From Patescibacteria group bacterium (GTDB lineage Bacteria; Patescibacteriota; Dojkabacteria; JAHIVN01), in NCBI GenBank assembly GCA_043816305.1, contig JBDRHZ010000012.1, positions 55,701 to 119,700 on the forward strand: a stretch of DNA of 64,000 nucleotides, read 5' to 3'. The position numbers were made by a program, and so were the translations under genes. The notes under the pieces were generated by a model. The model saw only the letters and a program-made list of their open reading frames with translations, did not search any database and was not told the DNA's origin. Below, one piece after another: positions 19,499-29,209 of this stretch (the stretch's first letter is position 1; the number at the start of each line of letters is the position of its first letter).

Positions 19499-19528
19499 AA
19501 AAAGGCGGAAGCTTTTGACCTCCGCCTT
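19499..19528 (-). terminator. Intrinsic terminator after DUF2958
   Basis: aaggcgga/tccgcctt stem followed by a T-run on the minus strand. Confidence 0.65.
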
Positions 19529-19535
19529 AATGCTT

Positions 19536-19829
19536 TCAGTTCATCAATTCTTTCAATGTTTTAGGTTTGAAATACATATCTCTTTCAATTGGTAATCCTA
19601 AAGCACCTTTTACACTTAGAAGCTCAGAAAGTGAGAAGTAGCCTAGCTCTTTTTCAAAGCCATCTACCAGACCAAAAAAGGTATCTTCTCCGTCAAACTC
19701 AGTAGCGTACCAAGTCCAGTTACTATCAGGAGTAAAAAACTTAACAACTGCAACCGCTTCAAGCCCTTTATCTTCCTGTGAGTAAAGTTTGGGCAACTTC
19801 TCCAGAATTTCTTTTGTAATCAATTTCAT
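19536..19829 (-). CDS. DUF2958 family protein
   Basis: VKFFTPDSNWTWYATE, FFGLVDGFEKELGYFSLSEL, IERDMYF. Confidence 0.88.
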   Translation of the reverse strand: MKLITKEILEKLPKLYSQEDKGLEAVAVVKFFTPDSNWTWYATEFDGEDTFFGLVDGFEKELGYFSLSELLSVKGALGLPIERDMYFKPKTLKELMN

Positions 19830-19958
19830 TTTTTTTATGTAATAACTTAAATGTTTTGTTCCTTAACTGTCTGCCTCGTTAGCTCAGCTCAACGGTTTGT
19901 AGTTTTCAGATAAGGCTATTCAATTGTTAAAGAGCTATTTTCTTTCAAGTCAGGAATG

Positions 19959-20159
19959 TTTTCCCTTTCTAAGAGGAAAAAAGCGAGCCAAAACGACCGT
20001 AGGGAGTGACGGCAGTATAAAAAGACTGATTTGACAAGGAGGAATTTGAGTGTAGCGAAAAGCAAATCCTTGCAAACCCAAAGGGTAGCAAGCGTATGCT
20101 ATAGCAGAAGCGAAGCTATCAAAGGATTTTTATGCTAGACTTTTACCAGAAAGGGAAAA
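19959..20159. promoter_or_regulatory. Multi-hairpin region, candidate ssDNA promoter or single-strand origin
   Basis: 12-bp closing stem ttttccctttct/agaaagggaaaa enclosing several short hairpins. Confidence 0.5.
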
Positions 20160-20234
20160 TAATAATGTGTTTGTTGCGAAGCAAGCAACTTCAATTATGT
20201 TGAGGGAAAGCGGGGATTACTTTCCCTCTCCAAT

Positions 20235-20351
20235 TTAGACCTCAGAAAAAAGAACGTTTATGAGGTCATTTAAAATCTCGATTTTATCGAGAAGTTTGTG
20301 CATTTGAGCTTCGATTTCTGTTCTTAGAAGCTCTTTTGCTTGATACTCCAT
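20235..20351 (-). CDS. 38-aa helical small protein
   Basis: AAGGAGG RBS before ATG; MEYQAKELLRTEIEAQMHKLLDKIEILNDLINVLFSEV. Confidence 0.6.
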   Translation of the reverse strand: MEYQAKELLRTEIEAQMHKLLDKIEILNDLINVLFSEV

Positions 20352-20425
20352 ATTTCCTCCTTAACAATTTAGATACATCCTAATTGTAGCGACCAAAGAT
20401 TAAATAATCCTTAAATTATTATGAA

Positions 20426-20974
20426 TTATTTCTTAATTTCTACCTTATCGAGTAAAACAAAATATCGTAGTCTCGATAACATGAATTTACAGGTATAAAG
20501 AATTGTTTTATTGTTAAAATCGGGATTATTTTTATCCTCTGTTATTTCATCAATTTGAAATTTATATTTTTCTCCATTCCAAATAATATAAACATTATCT
20601 CCTTTATTTAGCTTATCAACATGATAAAGTGTCTGCTTCATTTTTTGATCAGGCGACAATGTTGACCAGCCGAAACGATGGATTGCAATCAAATCAGGAT
20701 TATTGCTTTCATCTAGTCTTTGAATCCACCCTCCATTATCAAGATATTTCCGATCAGTACCTATCTCCATATCAACTCCGATAGAAGGGATAATCAGCCT
20801 GTTTTGCGATAAATCCTCTTGTTCCTCAATTGCCCTGATGATTTTCGCTGTATCAGGTTTATCTAATCTGTATTCAATCTCAGGCGAAAATACATGATAC
20901 AGGACATATAAACCTGCAAGAATAGAAATTAATCCTATGATAAGGCTAATTTGTTTAATAATTGTTTTGACCAT
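20426..20974 (-). CDS. Sortase
   Basis: N-terminal TM, RLIIPSIGV, IAIHR (His), TILYTC (Cys), RYFV (Arg). Confidence 0.85.
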   Translation of the reverse strand: MVKTIIKQISLIIGLISILAGLYVLYHVFSPEIEYRLDKPDTAKIIRAIEEQEDLSQNRLIIPSIGVDMEIGTDRKYLDNGGWIQRLDESNNPDLIAIHRFGWSTLSPDQKMKQTLYHVDKLNKGDNVYIIWNGEKYKFQIDEITEDKNNPDFNNKTILYTCKFMLSRLRYFVLLDKVEIKK

Positions 20975-21834
20975 TTCTCGTTTATATGAGCAAAAATAAT
21001 CTCAATTCGTAAAAACTCTCTAATTTTGTCGGATGAAATACTCTTTAAGTTATCGGATATGCCTATTCCTTTTAGAATAACGTGCTTAGATTTAGCAAGG
21101 TGGGGTCTATCCTTGAGTGCTTTATTCAGTTCTACTTCATCTTTTTCCAAAAGATTATTGATTTGTTCATCCGATCTATTCGTAAGAAAGAGTATTGATG
21201 GGAAAACCGTGAACCTTTTTGACCAGTCGCCATAAACAAAGTATTCAAAATACCTCATGAACTTCCTTGTAAGCTGTTCCTTGTCCATATTTCCGGTGTC
21301 ATATTCAAGGAAATACCCTAAAACAGCTTCATCTTTCTGCATTTTGAAATACGAATCCGGTGAAAAGTTGCGTTTGATTGTCTTACCTGTTCTTGTTGAT
21401 TTAAATGAATAGTGATACAAGGCTTTTTGATCCCCATGCCATTCAAGAAGATTAAATTCCGGGTAACTAGCCAATTCACACAAAAACTGCTCATACAGCT
21501 CAGCTATCTTTACGGTATGTTCCAGCATTGCAAACTGCACCTTCACGCCATTGTTTGGAATACCAAATTCTTTCGGATTTACACCTCTTGCACTCGCTAA
21601 AATGTCTACACCAAGCTTTGTCAAATAAATGACCTTCCAGTTATTGCCATAATAAAAACATTTAATAAAACCCCTCTGCTCAAGTCTATTAACAATCCTG
21701 CTAATATTCTGTCTGAACGCATACAATTTCTCTTTTTTCGCAATCTTAACTAAAACCTTTAAAGGTAAATACCTAAATGAATTCACTATATCCAGTATCT
21801 CTATTTGATTGTAAGTTATTCTTATATTCTTCAT
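20935..21834 (-). CDS. Replication-relaxation (Replic_Relax/MOBC-like) relaxase
   Basis: wHTH N-terminus, LEHTVKI, FSPDSYF, FLEYDTG. Confidence 0.85.
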   Translation of the reverse strand: MKNIRITYNQIEILDIVNSFRYLPLKVLVKIAKKEKLYAFRQNISRIVNRLEQRGFIKCFYYGNNWKVIYLTKLGVDILASARGVNPKEFGIPNNGVKVQFAMLEHTVKIAELYEQFLCELASYPEFNLLEWHGDQKALYHYSFKSTRTGKTIKRNFSPDSYFKMQKDEAVLGYFLEYDTGNMDKEQLTRKFMRYFEYFVYGDWSKRFTVFPSILFLTNRSDEQINNLLEKDEVELNKALKDRPHLAKSKHVILKGIGISDNLKSISSDKIREFLRIEIIFAHINEKWSKQLLNKLALS

Positions 21835-21931
21835 ATATTCTATTATTCTATACTCTCTTACTGTTCCGCCCGCCGATTCAATCCATCGGATTAGATTAAC
21901 AAGTTACACACACAGTTAATCGTAGTCGAGG

Positions 21932-21972
21932 GAGTGATTGGGTGGAGTCCGAAGGAGTCCACCCAATCACTC
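21932..21972. promoter_or_regulatory. Strong hairpin upstream of the relaxase (candidate oriT)
   Basis: 15-bp perfect arms gagtgattgggtgga/tccacccaatcactc. Confidence 0.45.
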
Positions 21973-24681
21973 ATCACCGAGACTGAATAAGGCGGAAGGA
22001 ACAGCATTTTCGTAACTTTTATCTAACTTAACTATATTGGTGCCACTGACTGCGCGAGTGCATCCAGTCTGAACCCTCTTAGAGTTATTCAATTTACAAC
22101 CTTCATTGATCCAATCCCTTCTAATTTTTATCTCGTTTTCAATCTGCTGTTTAGTTTTCCCGTATTTTTCATAGGATTCCGAAATAAACTCGTCAATAAC
22201 ATCTTCTGTAAAATTGGGTTCTCGTTCTTTCGGTACGTATATCGAAAACACATCTTCACCTGCTTTTACGTTTGCATGAAATTCGGAAACTTCCATTACT
22301 TCCTGTTCTAATACTTTTCCCTGTAAGTCTTTTGATACCATCATAGAATCCTCTAAACCGCACCTGTAATAAATCTTGTTTTTGACATTACCCATAACAG
22401 AGTGGAAAACATCATCAGGCAACTGCTGGAAGAATTGATGAGCAAGTATCAATTCAAGCTTAAACTTCCGAGCTTCTGATAGAGCTTGGGAAAAGTCAGA
22501 GCTTGCAAAATTCTGAAATTCATCTGCATATACTACGAATGGCTTTCTCTCTTTTTGAGCGAACCTTTTAGCCTCAAACCATACCTTTGACATAAGCATT
22601 GAGCCGAGTAAGCTCATGCCTTCTTCTCCTATGTTTTTAGATGATAAATTAACCAGCAGAACTTTCGAGTTTTTTATAACATCACCAAAATCAACCGAGC
22701 TTTGAGATTGTCCGAATGTGTACAAAAGTATCCCTGTAAGTATCTGTGAAAGTTTATTATCAAAGCCCTGCCGTATCTCCTGCCAGTTTTTCGATTCTGA
22801 ATAGTTAGGAAGAGTGTCCTCCCAAAATGATCTTAATCCTTCATATCTTTCAAATTCGATAAATTCTTTGACTTTTTCTGCAAATTCTTCATCAAATATA
22901 AGGTTTCGCACTTCTATCAGTGTAGGTGCGTGATTCTTTATAAAATTTACCGCCTTATCAGTACTTCCATTTTTCTTTATCCATTCATTCTGAAACACCA
23001 TAAGCGTTTTCATTGCGTTTATAAGCATTGGTTTGCCTGTTGTTCCCATTCCTGCATCAGGATTTGTCCTTTTCATTATCTTTTCTATTAACTTAAAATT
23101 TGAGTCAATAATCAGATCAATTTCACGCTCAGTCATACCAACTGCATAAAGCGGATTAAACCCAAAGTAAAACTTTTCACTTCTTGTATCCCATGCAATG
23201 ATTTTCTTTGACTGCTGAAAGTTATTATGTAACCTTTGTAGAATTTCCATGAAAAAGTCCTCGTGAGGATCCATTAGGATTAACCCTCGCTTATCTCCTT
23301 TTACAAGATTGTTATCAATGTCCTGTAATATGAAGTTTTTAAGGATTGTTGATTTCCCTGTACCCGTCTGACCCGTTATTACAATATGCCTTTTTCTGTT
23401 TTCGGAAGGAAGATAAACACGGTACTGCTTCTCGTGAGTGTTATTTATTCCAAGTATTAAATCTTCTTTCTCCTGCTTCGACCGATATTGCTTCTTTGCC
23501 GGTATATCAGGCGCTATGAAATGATCAATTGAAGGATCAAATATGTTTTGAGGCAGGTGATAGAGCATTGATATCTCCCTTGATGACAATGTGCCTTGTG
23601 AAGTAAAAATCTCTTTAAAAAAAGGAAACAATTTGTCTTCTGGGTAAATAAACCTTGTTTTTACATCCGTATAACTTTTTCCATTTTTTCTAATAAGTCT
23701 GTTCTGAGTTTCACTTTTCATAGATTCAAGTGCCTGTTCAATCGCATCCAGTTTGTTTCTGATGTCTTTTCCTTCTGCAATAACTCTAATACATGTTGAA
23801 AACGAGGTTTTGTATTTTTCATCCATCAAGCTGTTAAATGTTTGCAGTTCTTCTTTATCAATAAAGATTTTTCTAGGGTCTTGATCTGGCAGTATCATTA
23901 CAGGATCAAGTGAATTCTGTTTATTTGAAAACATTTTGCTAACTTCGGAGAGTAGTTTCATTGTAAGTAAAGGCAAAAGAGGCAATAGGTACAAAAAGTA
24001 CACCTCAAAGTGAGATAAAAATACAGTCAACCATGTAACCTCTTTTTTCACTAGTCTGAAATTCTCCTTTGCCATTCTCAAAGCTTCTTTATCAAGCTTT
24101 ACTGGACTTAGTACTACCTGAAAAAGCACCTTATCTTCCATTTCCATCCCTGACAGCGCTGTTAATAAATCTTGAATTGGATCCATGCCCTCAAAATCCT
24201 TTACATCCATAAGCGTGTAAACATCGTGCTTTAGAGCTTTATATTCATTTATTTCGGCTTTTTCCTTCTTGAAACTTTGTATCGGGTCATCTTCAAGTGT
24301 TTTAATCTGAATTCGCTCTTTGTAGGTACTATAGAGGTTGAGCTTGACTAAATCCTGTATAGATTTTGTTGGAGTCCATACAAGGAATTTAATCCCTGAA
24401 TAATCAGCATGTATTTCAAACGAAATTCTGCTTTTTTTAACAGAAGCAGTCAGATTATCAATAAAACGTTGAAGCGAAAATCTTTCTCCCTGCTTCGTTT
24501 TTGAATCAATTAATGAATATTTAGGCGGAATTATCTGCATGACAAAACCAGTCTCTTTTCGAGCTTTATACTTTATGATAATCAGGATGATGAAATATCT
24601 AACTGCCATAAAAAGACTTACTCCAAGCGAAGCAATTATCAGTATAATTATTCTTTTGTCCTGTAATAAGGCTTGAATCAT
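21967..24681 (-). CDS. VirD4/TraD-like type IV coupling protein
   Basis: N-terminal TMs, GQTGTGKS, MDPHED, YADEFQNF, LSEARKFKLELILAHQ. Confidence 0.88.
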   Translation of the reverse strand: MIQALLQDKRIIILIIASLGVSLFMAVRYFIILIIIKYKARKETGFVMQIIPPKYSLIDSKTKQGERFSLQRFIDNLTASVKKSRISFEIHADYSGIKFLVWTPTKSIQDLVKLNLYSTYKERIQIKTLEDDPIQSFKKEKAEINEYKALKHDVYTLMDVKDFEGMDPIQDLLTALSGMEMEDKVLFQVVLSPVKLDKEALRMAKENFRLVKKEVTWLTVFLSHFEVYFLYLLPLLPLLTMKLLSEVSKMFSNKQNSLDPVMILPDQDPRKIFIDKEELQTFNSLMDEKYKTSFSTCIRVIAEGKDIRNKLDAIEQALESMKSETQNRLIRKNGKSYTDVKTRFIYPEDKLFPFFKEIFTSQGTLSSREISMLYHLPQNIFDPSIDHFIAPDIPAKKQYRSKQEKEDLILGINNTHEKQYRVYLPSENRKRHIVITGQTGTGKSTILKNFILQDIDNNLVKGDKRGLILMDPHEDFFMEILQRLHNNFQQSKKIIAWDTRSEKFYFGFNPLYAVGMTEREIDLIIDSNFKLIEKIMKRTNPDAGMGTTGKPMLINAMKTLMVFQNEWIKKNGSTDKAVNFIKNHAPTLIEVRNLIFDEEFAEKVKEFIEFERYEGLRSFWEDTLPNYSESKNWQEIRQGFDNKLSQILTGILLYTFGQSQSSVDFGDVIKNSKVLLVNLSSKNIGEEGMSLLGSMLMSKVWFEAKRFAQKERKPFVVYADEFQNFASSDFSQALSEARKFKLELILAHQFFQQLPDDVFHSVMGNVKNKIYYRCGLEDSMMVSKDLQGKVLEQEVMEVSEFHANVKAGEDVFSIYVPKEREPNFTEDVIDEFISESYEKYGKTKQQIENEIKIRRDWINEGCKLNNSKRVQTGCTRAVSGTNIVKLDKSYENAVPSALFSLGDE

Positions 24682-25481
24682 AATTGTGACTTTGTAATAA
24701 AAGATTCTTTGAATTTGTTAATCATGTTTTGATACTTCTCCTGTTTCCGCCTTTCATCGTTCTTCTGCATGAGCTTTTTAAGAATAGATACAAACCAACC
24801 TGCCGGATTTTTCAGGAAGGTCGTTCCATCAACTTGATCTGTACGGATCATTCGTCTTGTATCGTTAAGTGCAGATTGAATATCATCCTGTTTTATCTCA
24901 CCTTTGTTCTTTCGATTTATAAGATTCTGGTAGTACTTGATACTTTTTTCATCACTAAGTTCTTTCGCTAAAGCTACAGCCTCGCTGTCAAAAGAGTTCA
25001 GATTAATTTTTCCGTTGGCGTTGCTTAACGTTAACGGCTTCTTATATTCTTTCTTTTTATATTCATCTTCTTCTACTTTATGCACAGTCCCTTGTGCATC
25101 TGGTTGCATACTCTTTTGTGCTTCTGGATGCACACATCCTTGTGCATCAGAAGATTTAGTTAAAGCTTTACTAAGCGGTAAAATGTAATAAATATTAGTT
25201 TTTTTAAGACCTCTTCTGCACCAACTTATAAGACCGGATTCCTTCAACTCTTTTAGAAACTTCTGAACAGTATTTCTATGAACTCCCAAGTCCTTTGCAA
25301 GCCTATCCTGACCCGGAAAACATTTCTCTTTCTGCCATGCGTAATCTAAAAGCAAAGCGTATACGACCTTTGCCTGCATAGATAAATTGGATGTCCTCAA
25401 TACGCTTCTAGGTATCTGACAGAAGCCATGCTTCAGCGTTTTATCAAGAATTTCAATTGTGTCTTTGATCTCTTCACTCAT
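24678..25481 (-). CDS. HTH_36-type replication initiator-like protein
   Basis: FCQIPRSVL..LS..AKVVY..CFPGQDRLAKDLG wHTH; internal iteron-like repeats. Confidence 0.75.
   Translation of the reverse strand: MSEEIKDTIEILDKTLKHGFCQIPRSVLRTSNLSMQAKVVYALLLDYAWQKEKCFPGQDRLAKDLGVHRNTVQKFLKELKESGLISWCRRGLKKTNIYYILPLSKALTKSSDAQGCVHPEAQKSMQPDAQGTVHKVEEDEYKKKEYKKPLTLSNANGKINLNSFDSEAVALAKELSDEKSIKYYQNLINRKNKGEIKQDDIQSALNDTRRMIRTDQVDGTTFLKNPAGWFVSILKKLMQKNDERRKQEKYQNMINKFKESFITKSQL
25081..25152. repeat. Three 24-bp palindromic iterons inside the initiator gene
   Basis: tgcacagtcccttgtgcatctggt / tgcatactcttttgtgcttctgga / tgcacacatccttgtgcatcagaa. Confidence 0.7.
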
Positions 25482-26524
25482 TAGTTTGGAAATAAAAATG
25501 GGGTAGGATCAATATTGTTCCATCCTCCTGAACTATTCTTTTCATACACTCCCACATGAGTATGAACTCCTGTAGAAAAGCCTGTACTGCCCATAAGACA
25601 GATTGGATCTCCATACTTAACAGTTGACTGGTCTTGGGCTATAAAAGCACTACAATGACAGTACAAGACTTTGTAGTAATCATTTGTGATGTATGAGCAT
25701 AAAGCTCCGTTTCCATCTTTGAAATTTGAAACTTTTCCTGCAACAATTGTTCTATTTATTGCATCAGTTGAACCTTTACCCGGATTCTCCTGATACCATA
25801 TATAAGAAGGGACAAGATCAACTCCTTTATGAACATTCTTAACTCCATTTATTACTCGAACTACGTTATATCCTGAAGTAACCGTAACTAGATCAGATCG
25901 ATTCAAACCGACAGGGTTACCGTATGGGATTAAAAGCATACCGACATACATCTGGTACTGCTCGTAGACTTCATCTTTTTTAGGGTATGAGTAAGCGTAA
26001 ATCTTTGTCTTAGCATCTCCACTTGTCTGCGAAAGGATATTTGAGAGTGTGAAATAGTTATCACAAAGATCACCTTCGGTGATGTTTCCGTTGTTATCTC
26101 CGTCAGTTTTATACGTATCCCAATCACTTTGAGATATTTCAAGAAAGCCGATTCCTGAGCCTCTATGAGTACCGTCAAAATTTGCAACCACTTTGCCATA
26201 TGAAGCAATTAGCTCATACTCCTGATTGAATTTCCTACTTGATTTATCAATACATTCCTTGTGTTCAGTTGGAATTTCATCAAGAAGCCCTCTATAGCCT
26301 GCTAATACTTGATAAGCGATAGCTTCTAGTGCGAATATGCCAAAAAAGAAAACAACCACACAAGCGATAAGTATCTTGAACTTGTTTTTCCAGATAATGT
26401 TTACGAGGATTGGTCCAACAACAGGTGCAACTTTGTTTGAAGCCAAGCCTATTACGTCTCCGACAAGACTGTCCCCAATTTCTACTACATTTTTTGTTGT
26501 ATTTAACACTTTGTTTTCTTCCAC
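25481..26524 (-). CDS. Cell-wall hydrolase: lysozyme-like domain + M23 peptidase (VirB1 analogue)
   Basis: TM; GFLEISQSDW..DGDNNG; HKGVDL; GSTGFSTGVHTH. Confidence 0.82.
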   Translation of the reverse strand: MEENKVLNTTKNVVEIGDSLVGDVIGLASNKVAPVVGPILVNIIWKNKFKILIACVVVFFFGIFALEAIAYQVLAGYRGLLDEIPTEHKECIDKSSRKFNQEYELIASYGKVVANFDGTHRGSGIGFLEISQSDWDTYKTDGDNNGNITEGDLCDNYFTLSNILSQTSGDAKTKIYAYSYPKKDEVYEQYQMYVGMLLIPYGNPVGLNRSDLVTVTSGYNVVRVINGVKNVHKGVDLVPSYIWYQENPGKGSTDAINRTIVAGKVSNFKDGNGALCSYITNDYYKVLYCHCSAFIAQDQSTVKYGDPICLMGSTGFSTGVHTHVGVYEKNSSGGWNNIDPTPFLFPN

Positions 26525-27393
26525 TACTGCACGATAATTGAAAAGTTAGAATTAACCGTTAAACCGTCTTTCGTTACTCTTATGTTTCCCGAAATACTCC
26601 CTTTGTTTCCTGCTGGTACAGTAAAGCTGACACTTGTATTTCCACTTGAATTTGATGAAGGCAGGTTATAGGTAGCTGATCCTGACTGCCAATTTACAGT
26701 TACAGATCCAGAAGCACTGTTTACAGGGCTTCCGTTTTGATCTTTTACTGAACAATCAAGTGAAACTGTTTGACCGATAAAAGGCTGGGTATTGGTTATT
26801 GAACAATGAAGTTTAAGTCCAGTTATCGGGTTTGGTTTTGGATCAGGAATGGGTTCTGGTGTTGGTTCCGGTTGTACAATCGGTTTAGGATTTTCAATTT
26901 TCGGTATTTCAACCTTTTCTTCCTGTTTTGGTTCTTCCTTTTTCTCTTCCTCACGAACAACGACTATCCGCTTATTTTTCTTCGTACCTTCAGGAGTTTC
27001 GACTTCAACCATAATTTCGTTTTGACCAATAATTAAATCTATCTTTCTTTCAAAAATACCTTCCGGATTAACTTCTGCCTGTTGTCCGTTAATCCATGCT
27101 TTATTCTCTTTATTTGTTAAAGCAACTGCAGTAATAGTTAGATCTTTTGTTCTAAATCCATCTGTGAGATTCTGAAATTCAAGTGTAATTTCCGGATGTT
27201 CGTCAATAACTTGATCTTCTTCCGAAACAGGTTTATTGTCTTGGCTATTTGCAAAATTAAACCCTCCCTTGAGGTATATTTCTACAGAAAGCGATATCGC
27301 AAATAGAACAAGAACGATGCTTATTAAGAAAAAGTATCCGTGTTTTAAATTTTTCTCTATCTCATTTGTTTTCATTCTGTCTTTGTCTGTCAA
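26524..27393 (-). CDS. Membrane-anchored Ig-like domain protein with P/E-rich linker
   Basis: TM, two beta-rich domains, PEPTPEPIPDPKP linker. Confidence 0.65.
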   Translation of the reverse strand: MTDKDRMKTNEIEKNLKHGYFFLISIVLVLFAISLSVEIYLKGGFNFANSQDNKPVSEEDQVIDEHPEITLEFQNLTDGFRTKDLTITAVALTNKENKAWINGQQAEVNPEGIFERKIDLIIGQNEIMVEVETPEGTKKNKRIVVVREEEKKEEPKQEEKVEIPKIENPKPIVQPEPTPEPIPDPKPNPITGLKLHCSITNTQPFIGQTVSLDCSVKDQNGSPVNSASGSVTVNWQSGSATYNLPSSNSSGNTSVSFTVPAGNKGSISGNIRVTKDGLTVNSNFSIIVQ

Positions 27394-29209
27394 GTTTTGC
27401 TAAATCCTCAGCACTGGAAGAGTAAAGTCTTCTTTCGTGAGGTGTTGCGTAAATAAAGATATGGGAATGAGTATTTCCTTTAATAAATAGTGCCTGACCT
27501 TTTGTAAGTCTTGTAATATAGTCTTTCTCAATATCTGAAAGATCAAAGGCTTTTGCCAAACTTGGAATAGATTGCTTCTTTTGAGCAAGTATCAATGCGG
27601 TATCAGCATTTTTTGCAATAACACTTCCTTGAGGAGAGTTAAGAAAGTCATCAACATCCTGCGATATACAGATAACACCTAAGTTGTACTTTCTACCTCG
27701 CCTTACTAAATCCTCAATAAAGTTTGCAGATGATTCATCCTTGAGTAGTAAGTGTGCTTCATCAATTATCAGGATTTTTCTTTTTCTGTTTGATAAGACT
27801 TTCTGCCAGATAAAGTTTGAAAGATAATAAATAGAAGCCTGCTTTTCTTGATCAGGAACTTTTTGAATGTTGAACACAACCATTGGAGAATCAAAATCGA
27901 CATCGCTTGTTGAAGGGTTATCATATAAATCTCCAAGCTCTCCCTGCTTGGAGTATTCAAGCAGTTCTACAGCAATTCGTTTTCCCTCTTTACCTTCTTT
28001 TTCAAAGCTGACTATTAAATCTGATATAGTGGGTGCGGGGTTAGAATATGTTGACGGATCGTCAAGTAGAACTCCCTTTTTTACATAAGTGTTATTTACA
28101 GCCTTACTGATAATTCCTTTGTTATATGCTTGTTCTGACAGCCAGATTTTTAGAAGTCCTTTCACCACACCAAGGTGAGTCCGCATAACTTCTTTTGAAT
28201 CAACTTCGGTTGAAAAAAACTCAAGAGGATTAACCTTAGTCGTGCTTTCCGGATTAATATCAATACTTGTTCCTCCTACATGGTCACATAGCGCTTTAAA
28301 CTCTCCTTCCGGATCAATTACATAGACATTTATTCCTCTAAATAAGCTTCTGTATGCTTCCAATTTTGCAGAGAAACTTTTTCCTGCACCTGATGTAGCA
28401 AATATAATTCCATTGTAGTTCTTTGATGTTCTAGAAAACCTGTCAAACCTGATTTTCTCTCCTCCGATTGTAATTCCATAAAAAATACCATCAGGATCAT
28501 TAAGTGTTGCAGTAGTAAAAGGAAGCGAAGATGATACATTTGAGCTCGTTAGGTAAAACTCTTCATTAACGAAATCAACTCCTGACGGCAGAAACGATTC
28601 AATACCTTCTTTCTGTTTATATATAAGCTGGTGAAGCTTCAACTGCTTTGCATATGTTAAATCTTTTAATGCCTTGTCGCTTTTTGAAAGTTTAGATAGG
28701 TTCGGAGCTGACAGCTTTATATACATTGTCATTGAATAAAGCTTCTCAATACCTCTTACAATTGCGTCCTCAATGCTTTTAGCGTCTGAGATCGCTTGTT
28801 CCAAGTCGATTGTATGGAGCTTTCCCTTTTCTGCCTTATCAAAATACTGAGCAGATAAATTAACAATCCTGTTCCTAAGTCCTGAAAGTGCTTTTTGGGG
28901 ATCAATAGGTTTTACAAACTGAGATAAAACAATTGGTTCGCTGTAATTAGTTAGATCGTAAAGCCAATTAGGGTAAATAATCTGTGGAAATTCCGATATC
29001 ACATATGTCTGGATAATTCCGTCCCCAAGATCAATAAACCTGCCTTTATTCTGAAACTCGTAAACAAGGTTGTCATCAGGAGAAAGCTTTGCAATTTCCT
29101 GCTTTCGAATCGAATCCCTGATAAATTCACGACCTTTTAATTCAACTTTTCCATTTAAGTCCTTAAAAGCCCATTTTGACTGTTTTGCAAAATATTTGAT
29201 AAAGTTCAT
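27362..29209 (-). CDS. virB4: VirB4-family conjugation ATPase
   Basis: ATSGAGKS, VIDPEGEF, IIDEAH, RRGRKY..ISQ. Confidence 0.9.
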   Translation of the reverse strand: MNFIKYFAKQSKWAFKDLNGKVELKGREFIRDSIRKQEIAKLSPDDNLVYEFQNKGRFIDLGDGIIQTYVISEFPQIIYPNWLYDLTNYSEPIVLSQFVKPIDPQKALSGLRNRIVNLSAQYFDKAEKGKLHTIDLEQAISDAKSIEDAIVRGIEKLYSMTMYIKLSAPNLSKLSKSDKALKDLTYAKQLKLHQLIYKQKEGIESFLPSGVDFVNEEFYLTSSNVSSSLPFTTATLNDPDGIFYGITIGGEKIRFDRFSRTSKNYNGIIFATSGAGKSFSAKLEAYRSLFRGINVYVIDPEGEFKALCDHVGGTSIDINPESTTKVNPLEFFSTEVDSKEVMRTHLGVVKGLLKIWLSEQAYNKGIISKAVNNTYVKKGVLLDDPSTYSNPAPTISDLIVSFEKEGKEGKRIAVELLEYSKQGELGDLYDNPSTSDVDFDSPMVVFNIQKVPDQEKQASIYYLSNFIWQKVLSNRKRKILIIDEAHLLLKDESSANFIEDLVRRGRKYNLGVICISQDVDDFLNSPQGSVIAKNADTALILAQKKQSIPSLAKAFDLSDIEKDYITRLTKGQALFIKGNTHSHIFIYATPHERRLYSSSAEDLAKLDRQRQNENK

